Assembly: GCA_040902005.1 (NCBI GenBank)
Contig: JBBDYA010000114.1
Location: forward strand, 10,180-74,179
Length of the DNA: 64,000 nucleotides
DNA from: Gemmatimonadaceae bacterium
GTDB taxonomy: Bacteria; Gemmatimonadota; Gemmatimonadetes; Gemmatimonadales; Gemmatimonadaceae
Direction of reading: 5' to 3'
Made by a program: the position numbers and the translations under genes. A model generated the notes under the pieces. It was given only the letters and a program-made list of their open reading frames with translations, was not told the DNA's origin and searched no databases. Positions 44,631 to 53,859 of the stretch are shown here, one piece after another (the first letter of the stretch is position 1; every line of letters starts with the position of its first letter).

Positions 44631-44748
44631 CAATAGTATACGTCAGCATACGCGGCGACGTTGCCCCCAAGATTGTGTCCCAGACGGGTTTGTGTTATTC
44701 AAGCCGCGTCGGTATTCCACCGTTTGGGCCACCCCGCGCCGGACTCCC

Positions 44749-45411
44749 ATGATGCCCGCACGCTGCATCGCCTTCCTCCTGATCGCGGCCACCAGCCTCG
44801 GCTGTGCATCGCAGCCCGGCTGGCGGCCGTTGTTCGACGAAAAGACGCTGGATGGCTGGCGGGTGTATCGCGGCGTGGCCCCGACCGGGTGGGAGGTGCG
44901 GGATGGCGCGCTGACCAAGATGCAGGCCACCCGGGACATCATCTCGGTGGACCAGTTCGGCGACTTCGAACTGAGTTTCGAGTGGAGAGTGGCCACCGGG
45001 GGGAACGCGGGGGTGTTCTACCGGGCGACGGAGGAATACGAGCGCGTGTACTGGAGCGCGCCCGAGTACCAGCTACTGGACGACGCGAACGCGCGGGATG
45101 GCGCCAGCCGGCTGACCGCGGCGGGATCGGCCTTCGGGCTGTATCCGGCGACGGCGGGGGTGGTTCGGCCAGCGGGCGAGTGGAACACCACGCGCATCGT
45201 CGCGCACGGCGCGCACGTGGAACACTGGCTCAACGGCATCAAGCTCCTCGAGTACGAGTTATGGAGCCCGGAGTGGGACGCCAAAGTGAAAGCCAGCAAG
45301 TTCGGCGCGTGGCCGAACTACGGGCGCGCGGCGCGCGGGCATATCGCTGTGCAGGGCGATCACAGCGGCGAGCTGTCCCTCCGCAACATCCGCATCCGAG
45401 AGATCAGATGA
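44749..45411 (+). CDS. DUF1080 / 3-keto-disaccharide hydrolase family lipoprotein
   Basis: [21 protein letters not shown] carries a lipobox. [16 protein letters not shown]...GWEVRDGAL...[23 protein letters not shown]...[19 protein letters not shown] is the family hallmark. Confidence 0.8.
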   Translation: MMPARCIAFLLIAATSLGCASQPGWRPLFDEKTLDGWRVYRGVAPTGWEVRDGALTKMQATRDIISVDQFGDFELSFEWRVATGGNAGVFYRATEEYERVYWSAPEYQLLDDANARDGASRLTAAGSAFGLYPATAGVVRPAGEWNTTRIVAHGAHVEHWLNGIKLLEYELWSPEWDAKVKASKFGAWPNYGRAARGHIAVQGDHSGELSLRNIRIREIR

Positions 45412-46619
45412 TCAAGGCGCGTCTGTCGGCCATGATGTTCCTCCAGTACTTCATCTGGGGCGTGTGGTTCGTGACGATGGGGACGTACCTGGGGCAGACG
45501 CGCGGGTTCAGCGGATCGCAGATCGGCGACGCGTACGGCGCGATGGCCATCGCCGCAATCGTCACGCCGTTCTTCATGGGCATCATCGCCGACCGGTTCT
45601 TCGCGAGCGAGAAGCTGCTGGCAATCCTGCACCTGCTGGGTGGGGTGGTGATGTGGTTCGTATCGATGCAGACGGAATGGACCCGGTTCTATCCGTTGCT
45701 GATCGTGTACGCGCTGTGCTACATGCCCACGCTGTCGCTCACGAACGCGATCGCGTTCCAGCACGTGCGGGACTCGGCGCGCGACTTTCCGCTGATCCGC
45801 GTGCTGGGCACGATCGGATGGATCGTCGCGGGGACGCTCGTGGGCCTGGTGCTGCGCGCGGATGCCCTGGCACTGCCGATGCGGATTGCCGCCGGTGCGT
45901 CGATCGTGATGGGGCTGTTCTCCTTCGCGTTGCCGCACACCCCGCCCAGGGCGGCGGGTGCGCCGTTCAGCGCGCGCGACGCGCTGGGACTCGACGCGCT
46001 CTCCCTGCTGCGCAACCGGGACTTTCTGGTCTTTGTCATCGGATCGTTCCTGCTGTGCATCCCGCTCCAGTTCTACTACACGTTCACGAACCTGTTTCTG
46101 AACGAGGCGGGCGCGCCGCGTCCGGCGTTCATCCAGAGTTTCGGCCAGTGGTCGGAGATCGGCTTCATGCTCCTGCTGCCGTTCGCGCTGCGCCGGTTCG
46201 GCATCAAGGTCATCATGCTGGTGGGCATGCTGGCGTGGTCGCTGCGCTACTTCGCATTCGCGAACGGCAACGCGGGCGGTGGCATCTGGATGTTGTACGC
46301 CGGCATCCTGCTGCACGGGATCTGCTACGACTTCTTCTTCGTGAGCGGCCAGATCTACACCGACCAGCGGGCGGGGGAGAAGGTCCGCGCGGCGGCACAG
46401 GGGTTCATCAACTTCGTCACCAACGGGGTGGGTCTCCTGGTGGGCGCCAAGCTGTCCGGTGCGGTGGTCAGCCGGTACACGGACGCGGGTGGCGCGCACG
46501 ACTGGCCGACGATCTGGATGGTACCCGCGGTGATGGCCCTGGTCGTTGCCGTGATCTTCGCGCTCACGTTCCGTCCCGGGGGGAACTCAACGCGGATTGT
46601 CGCGGACGCCACCGGATAG
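45408..46619 (+). CDS. MFS transporter of the nucleoside:H+ symporter (NupG/XapB-like) family
   Basis: ATGA coupling to DUF1080. [28 protein letters not shown] is the typical family N-terminus, with about 12 TM segments. The first 249 aa of track ORF 44661..46619 are rejected. Confidence 0.8.
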   Translation: MIKARLSAMMFLQYFIWGVWFVTMGTYLGQTRGFSGSQIGDAYGAMAIAAIVTPFFMGIIADRFFASEKLLAILHLLGGVVMWFVSMQTEWTRFYPLLIVYALCYMPTLSLTNAIAFQHVRDSARDFPLIRVLGTIGWIVAGTLVGLVLRADALALPMRIAAGASIVMGLFSFALPHTPPRAAGAPFSARDALGLDALSLLRNRDFLVFVIGSFLLCIPLQFYYTFTNLFLNEAGAPRPAFIQSFGQWSEIGFMLLLPFALRRFGIKVIMLVGMLAWSLRYFAFANGNAGGGIWMLYAGILLHGICYDFFFVSGQIYTDQRAGEKVRAAAQGFINFVTNGVGLLVGAKLSGAVVSRYTDAGGAHDWPTIWMVPAVMALVVAVIFALTFRPGGNSTRIVADATG

Positions 46620-46673
46620 TCGCGGATGGGCCGCCCTTTTTCAGATCTTCCCTAGCGTTCCATGGGAGAACAC

Positions 46674-48026
46674 ATGTCGAGACATCCGATCACTCGCCGC
46701 ACATTCGTCGACAACGTCGCCAAGGTCGGCGCGGGCCTCTCCGTCTTCAGCATCGTCCCGCGACACGTGCTGGGGCGCGGCTACATCGCGCCGAGCGACA
46801 AGGTAGACATCGCGTGCATCGGTGTAGGCGGGATGGGGTCGAGCGACGTGCGTGGACTCGCCGCGCTTGCCGACGTGAACATCCATACCCTGTGCGACGT
46901 GGACTGGCGCTATGCCGAGTCCACGTTCAACGCGCACCCCAAGGCGATGCGCTATCGCGACTTTCGCGAGATGATCGAGAAGGAGGGGCGGAACGTGGAC
47001 GCGATCACGGTCACCACGCCCGATCACTCGCACGCGGCGGCCGCGATGCTGGGGCTGAAGGCGGGCAAGCACGTCTACACGCAGAAACCGCTCACCCGCA
47101 CGATCATGGAGTCGCGCGCATTGATGCAGGAGGCCGCGCGGCGCCCGCGGCAGGTGACGCAGATGGGGAACCAGGGCCACGCGGGCGAGGGATGCCGGCA
47201 GGTGCGCGAGTGGGTGGAAGCCGGGGTGATCGGCACCGTGCGCACGGTCGAGTTCTGGACGAATCGCCCGGTGTGGCCGCAGGCGATCCACCGGCCCACG
47301 GAGATGCACAATCCACCGCCGACGCTGGACTGGAATCTCTGGCTCGGTCCGGCCGCCGACCGGCCGTACCACCCGTCGTACGCGCCGTTCAACTGGCGCG
47401 GTTACTGGGACTTCGGCACGGGCGCGTTGGGCGACATGGCGTGTCACATCATGGATGCGGCGTACTGGACGCTGGGACGCAAGTATCCCTCGCGCATCAG
47501 CGCCGAGAGCACGCAGCTCTTTCCCGAGACCGCGCCGCGCGCGTCGCGCATCGTGTACGACTTTCCGGCGCGCAACGGCAAGCCGGCGGTGACGTTCGTG
47601 TGGCGCGACGGCGGGCTCACGCCGCCGCGCCCGGCCGACTGGGCCGCCGATCGCGCGTGGCCCTTCGACAACAGCGCGCAGATGTGGATCGGGGACAGCG
47701 GCTCGCTGGTGGCCGGTACGTACGCGGAGAATCCACGCCTGTCGGATGAGAAACGCGATGCGGAGCTCAAGGCCAGTCCGCCGGCCCAGGCCTACCCGCG
47801 CGTGAAGGGCGTGCACGCGGAGTGGATCGAGGCGATCAAGAGCGGCACGCAGCCCGGCTCGAATTTCAGCTACGCGGCGCCATTCACGGAGCTCGTGCTG
47901 CTGGGGAACCTGGCGCTGCGGCTGCAGCGCCCGGTGGATCTCAACCCGGACACCGGCGAGATCCTCACCGCCGGGATTCCGGCCGAGTGGCTGCGTCCCA
48001 CATATCGCGCGGGGTGGACGCTGTAG
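46674..48026 (+). CDS. Gfo/Idh/MocA family oxidoreductase with a Tat signal
   Basis: MSRHPITRRTFVDNVAKVGAGLSVFSIVP carries the twin-arginine motif. The Rossmann segment is IACIGVGGMGSSD. Confidence 0.85.
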   Translation: MSRHPITRRTFVDNVAKVGAGLSVFSIVPRHVLGRGYIAPSDKVDIACIGVGGMGSSDVRGLAALADVNIHTLCDVDWRYAESTFNAHPKAMRYRDFREMIEKEGRNVDAITVTTPDHSHAAAAMLGLKAGKHVYTQKPLTRTIMESRALMQEAARRPRQVTQMGNQGHAGEGCRQVREWVEAGVIGTVRTVEFWTNRPVWPQAIHRPTEMHNPPPTLDWNLWLGPAADRPYHPSYAPFNWRGYWDFGTGALGDMACHIMDAAYWTLGRKYPSRISAESTQLFPETAPRASRIVYDFPARNGKPAVTFVWRDGGLTPPRPADWAADRAWPFDNSAQMWIGDSGSLVAGTYAENPRLSDEKRDAELKASPPAQAYPRVKGVHAEWIEAIKSGTQPGSNFSYAAPFTELVLLGNLALRLQRPVDLNPDTGEILTAGIPAEWLRPTYRAGWTL

Positions 48027-48065
48027 CCCGGTGTTCTCGATCCGTCATCGCGGGTCGCCGGATCC

Positions 48066-48174
48066 GAACCACGGAGGCCGCGGAGGACGCGGAGGAGTTC
48101 GGTCGCGTTGTACACGTCATCGGGCCGTCACCGCCACCTGCTTTCCTCCGTGCCCTCTGCGTCCTCCGTGGTTC
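48066..48174. repeat. 109-bp imperfect palindromic element with 9-mer (CGCGGAGGA-like) arm repeats
   Basis: The left arm is GAACCACGGAGGCCGCGGAGGACGCGGAGGAG. The right arm is CTTTCCTCCGTGCCCTCTGCGTCCTCCGTGGTTC. The terminal 12 bp pair perfectly and the rest has about 4 mismatches. The element lies between convergent genes. Confidence 0.7.
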
Positions 48175-48189
48175 TTTTGAGAGCTTCCC

Positions 48190-49434
48190 TTAGCGTGGCA
48201 CCCAGGTGCCGCGCGCGACGGCGGGCACGAACGTGTCGAGGTCCTTTGGCGGGTATGCCAACGTGCGTCCCTGCTCGGCGCTCTGGTACGCGGTCATGAG
48301 AATCCGCACCACGTCCAGGCCGTCGTCCCAGGTGAGGCGCGGCTTCTCCTTGCGGAGGAACGCGCGCACGAAGTGCCGGTCTTCGGCCTCATATCCGTAC
48401 GCGGCGGCCTCGCTGGGCACGACCGGCATCTGTCCCACCTCCGCGTTCTGCTTTTCCACGAGGTCTTCGCCGGCGCGGCCGCGCACCTCGCGGCTGAAAA
48501 AGAGCTTGAGTCCCGAGTCGAGTGAGTTCCAGGCCATCGAGTACTCGGGGCCCAGCAACTCCGCCGACAGGCGGAGTCCCGCGCCGATGTAGCTCCACGA
48601 GGTGGTGGCCTCGCCGATCACGGTGAGACCGTCTTTCGTCTGGAACTCGATCGTGAGGCTCGCGAAATCCTCCGCCGGCTTCCTGGCGTAGTTGACGTCG
48701 GGCCCCATGGCCTTCCGCAGGCGTTTCGCGTACTCGGGGCGCGTCCACTTGAGACTGGCGATGTGCGCGGTGACGCGTTTCGGTTTCACGGTGCGCAGCG
48801 ACTCCCCCGGCTGCGTGAGCAGGTGCCGGACAACGAGCGCCGAATGGCACATCATGTCGTTCAACACGCCGCCGCCCTGCAACTTGCCCTGCCAGAACCA
48901 GGGCATGTGCGGCCCGCTGTGCTCCTCGGCGGCGCGCGCCAGGTAGGGGCGCCCCGTGGTCGCCGCGCCGCGTGCCCACGCCAGTGAGCGCCCCGCTTCC
49001 ACGTGCGGCGCGAAGAGCTGATTCTCGAGGTACCCGTGCCGGAGGCCTACCCGTTTCACCAACTCGAGCACGTGCCGCGCCTCGGTGACGTTCCGCGCCA
49101 GCGGCTTCTCGCACGCGATGCCCTTCAGTGCTCCCCTGCCACTCTCGATCGCGGCGACGATCTCCTCCACGTTCTCGACGCGCGCGTGATTCGGCCCGGT
49201 GATCCAGAGGGCGTCGATCGCCGGATCGGCCACCATGTCCGTGATGGACTTGTGCGCGCGCGCCTTGCCGACATCGAGTTCGCGCGCGTAGCTGGCGCCG
49301 CTCTCGGCGCGTGCGCGGTTCGGGCTCCACACGCCGAGCACGTCGGCATCGCGCACCCCGCGAAAGGCCTGCATGTGGAAGCGCGCGTTGAAGCCGCTAC
49401 CGATGATTCCGACGCCGAGCCGTTTGCCGTTCAT
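48190..49434 (-). CDS. Gfo/Idh/MocA family oxidoreductase (cytoplasmic type)
   Basis: Start ATG 49434 shows ATGA coupling. MNGKRLGVGIIGSGFNARFHMQAF is the Rossmann N-terminus. Confidence 0.85.
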   Translation of the reverse strand: MNGKRLGVGIIGSGFNARFHMQAFRGVRDADVLGVWSPNRARAESGASYARELDVGKARAHKSITDMVADPAIDALWITGPNHARVENVEEIVAAIESGRGALKGIACEKPLARNVTEARHVLELVKRVGLRHGYLENQLFAPHVEAGRSLAWARGAATTGRPYLARAAEEHSGPHMPWFWQGKLQGGGVLNDMMCHSALVVRHLLTQPGESLRTVKPKRVTAHIASLKWTRPEYAKRLRKAMGPDVNYARKPAEDFASLTIEFQTKDGLTVIGEATTSWSYIGAGLRLSAELLGPEYSMAWNSLDSGLKLFFSREVRGRAGEDLVEKQNAEVGQMPVVPSEAAAYGYEAEDRHFVRAFLRKEKPRLTWDDGLDVVRILMTAYQSAEQGRTLAYPPKDLDTFVPAVARGTWVPR

Positions 49435-50075
49435 TGCGGGGGGACGCGGGAGGACATGAGGTCGTAGCTCACGCCGAGCTTCGCGAGCGCCGCCGGCGGG
49501 CAGCCGTCCCACGCGGGCAGCGAGACGTTGCCGATGTACTGCACGTCCTGCCACCCCATGGCGGACGAGAAGAATCCCGACGCGGTGAAGTCGCGAAAGC
49601 GCGTGAAGAACGCGACGCCCTGGCTCATCTCGGGACGCGCCTTCGCCGGCCAGGCGACGTCGTCGAGAATTGCGCGGCGCTGCGCGTCCGTGGCGGTGAC
49701 GAAATCGCGCCCGAAGCGCTCGCGCGACTCGCTATTGATCCACGCCAGCCCGCCGCGCATGGAGATCTTGCTCGACTCGGTCGCCTCGCGATCGGCCAGC
49801 AGCCAGTCCATGAACTCCGGCACCTTCGCGTCGGTCGCGCTGCCCGAGCGCGCGTCGCGCGGAATGACGTAGTCCGCGAGCATGCGCACGAGTCGCCATT
49901 CGGCGGCGCGGAAGAACCGGGGCGCGTACGCGGGCTGCTGCCCCTCCCCCTCGGCCAGCGTCGCCAGGCCGTCGAGCGCGCGCTCGAGCTGCGGCGGGCT
50001 GAGGTCGAGCGCGGTGGCGAGGGAGATGGCGCCGAAGCTCTTCAGCGCCTGCCGACGGGGAATGGAGTCGCTCAT
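49431..50075 (-). CDS. Gluconate 2-dehydrogenase subunit 3-family small Tat-signal subunit
   Basis: MSDSIPRRQALKSFGAISLATAL is a Tat signal. ATGA coupling to the GMC flavoprotein upstream matches the typical small-subunit arrangement. Confidence 0.75.
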   Translation of the reverse strand: MSDSIPRRQALKSFGAISLATALDLSPPQLERALDGLATLAEGEGQQPAYAPRFFRAAEWRLVRMLADYVIPRDARSGSATDAKVPEFMDWLLADREATESSKISMRGGLAWINSESRERFGRDFVTATDAQRRAILDDVAWPAKARPEMSQGVAFFTRFRDFTASGFFSSAMGWQDVQYIGNVSLPAWDGCPPAALAKLGVSYDLMSSRVPPQ

Positions 50076-51733
50076 AGCGCCCCCGCCTTCCGCTGCTCGG
50101 TGATGTAGTCCGCCGTGCGCCAGGCGAGCGCGAGAATCGTCCACGTGGGGTTCTTGTCCGCCTGGGAGACGAACGGCCCGCCGTCAGCGATGAAGAGGTT
50201 CCGGCAGTCGTGCGCCTGGCAACTGGCGTTCACCACCGAGCTGCCCGCGTCATGTCCCATGCGCGTGCATCCCAGCTCATGGATGATCGCCCCGCCGGGC
50301 GCGATGCCGTAGTTCTGCGCGCGGGTGGGCATGGGCGAAAAGACCTGGCCGCCCATCTCCGCCACCAGCGCGCGGAAGGTCTCGTGCATGTGTTTCACCT
50401 GGTTGTACTCGTGGTCCGCCCATTGCCAGTGGAAGCGCAGCACGGGAATCCCGTACCGGTCCACCACGTTGGGGTCGAGCTCGCAGTATGAGTCCGCGTT
50501 GGGAATCATCTCGCCGCGTCCGGAGAACCCGATCGTGGCGCCGTAGTACCGGCGATAGTCTTCCTTCAGCTGCTGGCCATAGCCGCCGCCGGGAGGATAC
50601 CGGTGAATGCCGCCCATGAAGCCGGCGCCCGGCGCGTGAAGCCCCCCCCAGACTTCGATGTGGTAGCCGCGCGGAAAGTCCAGCCTCCGGTTGTCCAGCC
50701 ACCACGGCATGTACACGTGCAAGCCGCCGACGCCGTCCTCGTTGTGCGGCACGTGATCCGTCATCGCGGGAATGAAGCCAGCGACGTCGGTGCCCGTGGT
50801 GTCCGTGAGGTACTTGCCCACCGTGCCGCTGGAGTTGGCGAGTCCCTGCGGAAAGCGCGCCGAACGCGAGTTGAGCAGGATGCGCGCGGACTCGCACGCG
50901 CTGGCCGCGAGCACCACGATGCGCGCGCGCACGTGGCGGTCCTGGCCGGTGGCCTTGTCGATGTACGAGACGCCGGTCGCGAGTCCGTTCGCGCCGGTCG
51001 TCACCTCGCGTGCCATGGCGTTGGTGATCAGCGTGAGCCGGCCGGTGGCCTGTGCCGGCGCGATGAGCACGTCGGGGCTGGAGAAGTTCGCCTTGACCGT
51101 GCAGCCGCGATTGCACTGGCCGCAGTAGTGGCACACGGCGCGCCCGTTGTGCGCACGCGTGAGGATCGACAGCCGCGAAGGGATGCAGGTGACGTTCAGC
51201 CGGTCCGACGCCTTCTTCACGAGCAGCTCGTAGCAGCGCGGCTTTGGCGGCGGCAGGAAGATGCCGTCAGGGTGATTGTGCAGTCCCTCGTTGCTGCCGA
51301 AAATGCCGACCAGCCGATCCACCCGATCGTAGTAGGGCGCGACATCATCGTAGGCGATGGGCCAGTCGTCGCCGAGTCCGTCGCGCGACTTGCCGCGGAA
51401 ATCATCAGGGCCAAAACGGAGCGAGATGCGTCCCCAGTGGTTCGTGCGCCCTCCCAGCATGCGCGCGCGCCACCAGCGGAACTGCGAGCCGCTCGCCACG
51501 GTGTACGGTTCGCCTTCGATGTCCCACCCGCCGTCGCACGCGTCGAACTCGCCGAAGGGGCGCAACCGCGTCGAGCCGCCCCGCCGGTTGGTGGCGTATG
51601 CCGGCAGCATCATCTGCGCGTTCCTCGACGCGTACCACTCGCCGCCGGCTTCCAGCAGGACGACGCGCGCGCCCGCCTGCGTGAGCGCGTGCGCGGCCAT
51701 CCCGCCGCCGGCACCGCTGCCCACGATGCACAC
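50072..51733 (-). CDS. GMC-family FAD oxidoreductase (glycoside 3-dehydrogenase-like large subunit); the 5' end is disrupted or uncertain
   Basis: (Y)DVCIVGSGAGGGMAAHALTQAGARVVLLEAG is the FAD-binding fold, and a C-terminal GMC domain is present (GTCRMG-like CTRMGHD). The track start (GTG 51733) truncates the first beta strand. The frame stays open upstream through a poly-Pro tract but contains no start codon (see finding). Confidence 0.8.
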   Translation of the reverse strand: MCIVGSGAGGGMAAHALTQAGARVVLLEAGGEWYASRNAQMMLPAYATNRRGGSTRLRPFGEFDACDGGWDIEGEPYTVASGSQFRWWRARMLGGRTNHWGRISLRFGPDDFRGKSRDGLGDDWPIAYDDVAPYYDRVDRLVGIFGSNEGLHNHPDGIFLPPPKPRCYELLVKKASDRLNVTCIPSRLSILTRAHNGRAVCHYCGQCNRGCTVKANFSSPDVLIAPAQATGRLTLITNAMAREVTTGANGLATGVSYIDKATGQDRHVRARIVVLAASACESARILLNSRSARFPQGLANSSGTVGKYLTDTTGTDVAGFIPAMTDHVPHNEDGVGGLHVYMPWWLDNRRLDFPRGYHIEVWGGLHAPGAGFMGGIHRYPPGGGYGQQLKEDYRRYYGATIGFSGRGEMIPNADSYCELDPNVVDRYGIPVLRFHWQWADHEYNQVKHMHETFRALVAEMGGQVFSPMPTRAQNYGIAPGGAIIHELGCTRMGHDAGSSVVNASCQAHDCRNLFIADGGPFVSQADKNPTWTILALAWRTADYITEQRKAGAL

Positions 51734-51755
51734 GTCGTATTCGGTGGCGGGCTGT

Positions 51756-51783
51756 GGGGGGGGGGGGGGGGGCGGGGGGGGGG
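51756..51783. repeat. Homopolymer tract: 17 G, one C, then 10 G (poly-C, encoding poly-Pro, on the coding strand)
   Basis: Counted directly: G run 51756-51772, C at 51773, G run 51774-51783. Confidence 0.95.
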
Positions 51784-51808
51784 CGCCGCGTGGCAGGCGT
51801 TGCTTGCA

Positions 51809-52735
51809 TCAGATCTCCATCCTGTACACGTAGTCGTGGCTCTTCTTCGCAAACGCCATCGCGTCCGCCGGCTGGTCGTGCTCGATGAACAAGTGCTTCA
51901 CCGCCCGCTGTTGCGCGCGGTCCAGGCGCAGGATCGCGGCGAAATCGATCACGCCATCGCCGACGTCCACCTGCGCGTGCTCCGGAGCGCCCGCGGAATC
52001 CTTGATGTGCAGCGTGGTGAACCGCGAGGGATGCGCTCGGAGGTAGGCCAACGGATCCCCACCGGCCTTCACCAGCCAGAAGACGTCCAGCTGGAACTGC
52101 ACGTACGACGGGTCCGTGCGATCCAGCAACAAGTCGAACGGCACCACGCCCCCCTCCCCGACGCGCGTGAACTCGAAGTCGTGGTTGTGATAGGCAAAGG
52201 TCAGCCCGCGGGCCGTGGCGCGCTCGCCGGCGCGATTGAACTCGTCGGCCACGCGGCGCCAGCCATCGAGCGTGCGGCGCGGCTCGGCGGGAAGCCAGGG
52301 GACCGTCACATACTGGTGCCCCATGGCCGCGGCGTCGTCGAGCGCGCGATCCCATTCCGCGGCCAGCAGGTTGTAGCCGACGTGCGTGGATGGCGCCGCG
52401 AGGCCAACCTGTTCCAGCACCGCCCGGATCTGCACAGGCGTCCGGCCGAAATATCCCGCGAACTCCACCTCGTCGTATCCCATCTCCGCGAGCCGCGCGA
52501 GGGTGCCGGGAAGGTCCTGCTGCATCTCGCGGCGCACGGTGTAGAGCTGGATGCCGATGCGCTCCACGCGGCGCTCGGCCACGCGGGAAGTCTCGATGGC
52601 TCCTTGCGACAGACTGGCGCCGTTCCGGGAGCACGCAACGGAGCCGGCGAGCACGCCGAGCGTCGTGAGGAAATCGCGGCGGGAAGTCACGGCGCTATAA
52701 TGCGCCGAGCGCGGCCCCGTCGAAAGGGCCCGCAA
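51809..52735 (-). CDS. Sugar phosphate isomerase/epimerase (xylose-isomerase-like TIM barrel) with a Tat signal
   Basis: ...VTSRRDFLTTLGVLAGSVACS is a Tat signal. GIQLYTVRREM, MGYDEVEFAG, YHNHDFEF and LHIKD are typical AP-endonuclease-2/TIM family segments. Confidence 0.8.
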   Translation of the reverse strand: MRALSTGPRSAHYSAVTSRRDFLTTLGVLAGSVACSRNGASLSQGAIETSRVAERRVERIGIQLYTVRREMQQDLPGTLARLAEMGYDEVEFAGYFGRTPVQIRAVLEQVGLAAPSTHVGYNLLAAEWDRALDDAAAMGHQYVTVPWLPAEPRRTLDGWRRVADEFNRAGERATARGLTFAYHNHDFEFTRVGEGGVVPFDLLLDRTDPSYVQFQLDVFWLVKAGGDPLAYLRAHPSRFTTLHIKDSAGAPEHAQVDVGDGVIDFAAILRLDRAQQRAVKHLFIEHDQPADAMAFAKKSHDYVYRMEI

Positions 52736-52749
52736 CCGCGACGGGCGCG

Positions 52750-53859
52750 CTACGCGTGCATTGGATCGATGAACACGAGGCTCTTGTGGCGCACGACCAC
52801 CACGCGGAGCGCCTCGTACACCCGCGGATCCAGCAGCTTGCCCGAATCGAGTCGCAGCTCCTCGACCGCGGCCTCCAGTGTCAGCGGCTCACGGTACGCC
52901 CGGCGCGACGTCAGCGCATCGAACGCGTCGGCGGCGGCCAGGATACGACCACCGATGGAGATCTCCTCGCCGGAGCGCGCGTGCGGGTACCCCGTGCCGT
53001 CCCAGTGCTCGTGATGCTCCGCGACGAACCTCACCGCTCGCTCGATGTGCTTCAGTGGGCGCAAGATGTCCACGCCGATATGCACGTGGTCCTTCACGTG
53101 CTCGAACTCGTCCGGCTCGAGCCGCCCGGGCTTGTTCAGCACGTTCTCGCGAATGCCGATGTTGCCCACGTCGTGCAGGCGTCCGGCAATACGCACATCC
53201 TCCACCACATCCGGCGCGAGTCCCATGTACTCCGCGACCGACGCCGCCAGCTCGCTGACGCGGGTGGAGTGGCCGCGCTGAAATACATCCCTGGCCTCCA
53301 TCGCGGTGACGAGGCTCTCGGCGATGCCGACCGTCAGGTCGCGCAGGTGGGATTTCTCGCGCTCGAGCTCCCGCGTGCGGGCTTCAACTTCCTCGCGAAT
53401 GGCGCGCTCGGTCCGGCCCTGCTCCTGCTGCAGCGAGCGCTTGTGCAGCGCGCGGGTCACTGCCTCGTACAACTGCTGGAGTTCGATGGGCTTGATCAGG
53501 TAGTCGAGCACGCCCTGCGACATCGCCGAGGTAGCCGTCGGCGCGTCGTTCACGGCGGAGAGCATCACGATCCCGAGGCCGGGTTGCGCTTCCAGGGCAG
53601 CCGGAACGATCTCGACGCCGGACAGCCCGGGCATGCGCACGTCGCAGAGCATCAGGTCGAACCGGCCGCCGGACAGCACCTCGAGCGCGGCGTCACCGGA
53701 TTCGGCAACGGTCACCTCGAATCCGCGTGTGCGGAGGTACTTGGCGAGCACGAGACGTATCGTCGGCTCATCGTCCACGACGAGTACGCGCGCCACCGGT
53801 ACGGGCTGGAGCGATGGGGCGGGCGAAAGGATGGGGTCGAGCACGTCAGTTCGGGTCAT
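52750..53859 (-). CDS. Response regulator with an HD-GYP domain (c-di-GMP phosphodiesterase type, RpfG-like)
   Basis: The REC domain is RVLVVDDEPTIR...DLMLCDVRMPGLSG. The HD-GYP segment is HSTRVSELAA...GRLHDVGNIG...HHEHWDGTGYP. Confidence 0.9.
   Translation of the reverse strand: MTRTDVLDPILSPAPSLQPVPVARVLVVDDEPTIRLVLAKYLRTRGFEVTVAESGDAALEVLSGGRFDLMLCDVRMPGLSGVEIVPAALEAQPGLGIVMLSAVNDAPTATSAMSQGVLDYLIKPIELQQLYEAVTRALHKRSLQQEQGRTERAIREEVEARTRELEREKSHLRDLTVGIAESLVTAMEARDVFQRGHSTRVSELAASVAEYMGLAPDVVEDVRIAGRLHDVGNIGIRENVLNKPGRLEPDEFEHVKDHVHIGVDILRPLKHIERAVRFVAEHHEHWDGTGYPHARSGEEISIGGRILAAADAFDALTSRRAYREPLTLEAAVEELRLDSGKLLDPRVYEALRVVVVRHKSLVFIDPMHA

Noticed and set aside
44661-45407. N-terminal 249 aa of ORF 44661..46619
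   Set aside because: It is out of frame over the DUF1080 gene. The MFS transporter begins at the ATGA-coupled ATG 45408 with the canonical family N-terminus.
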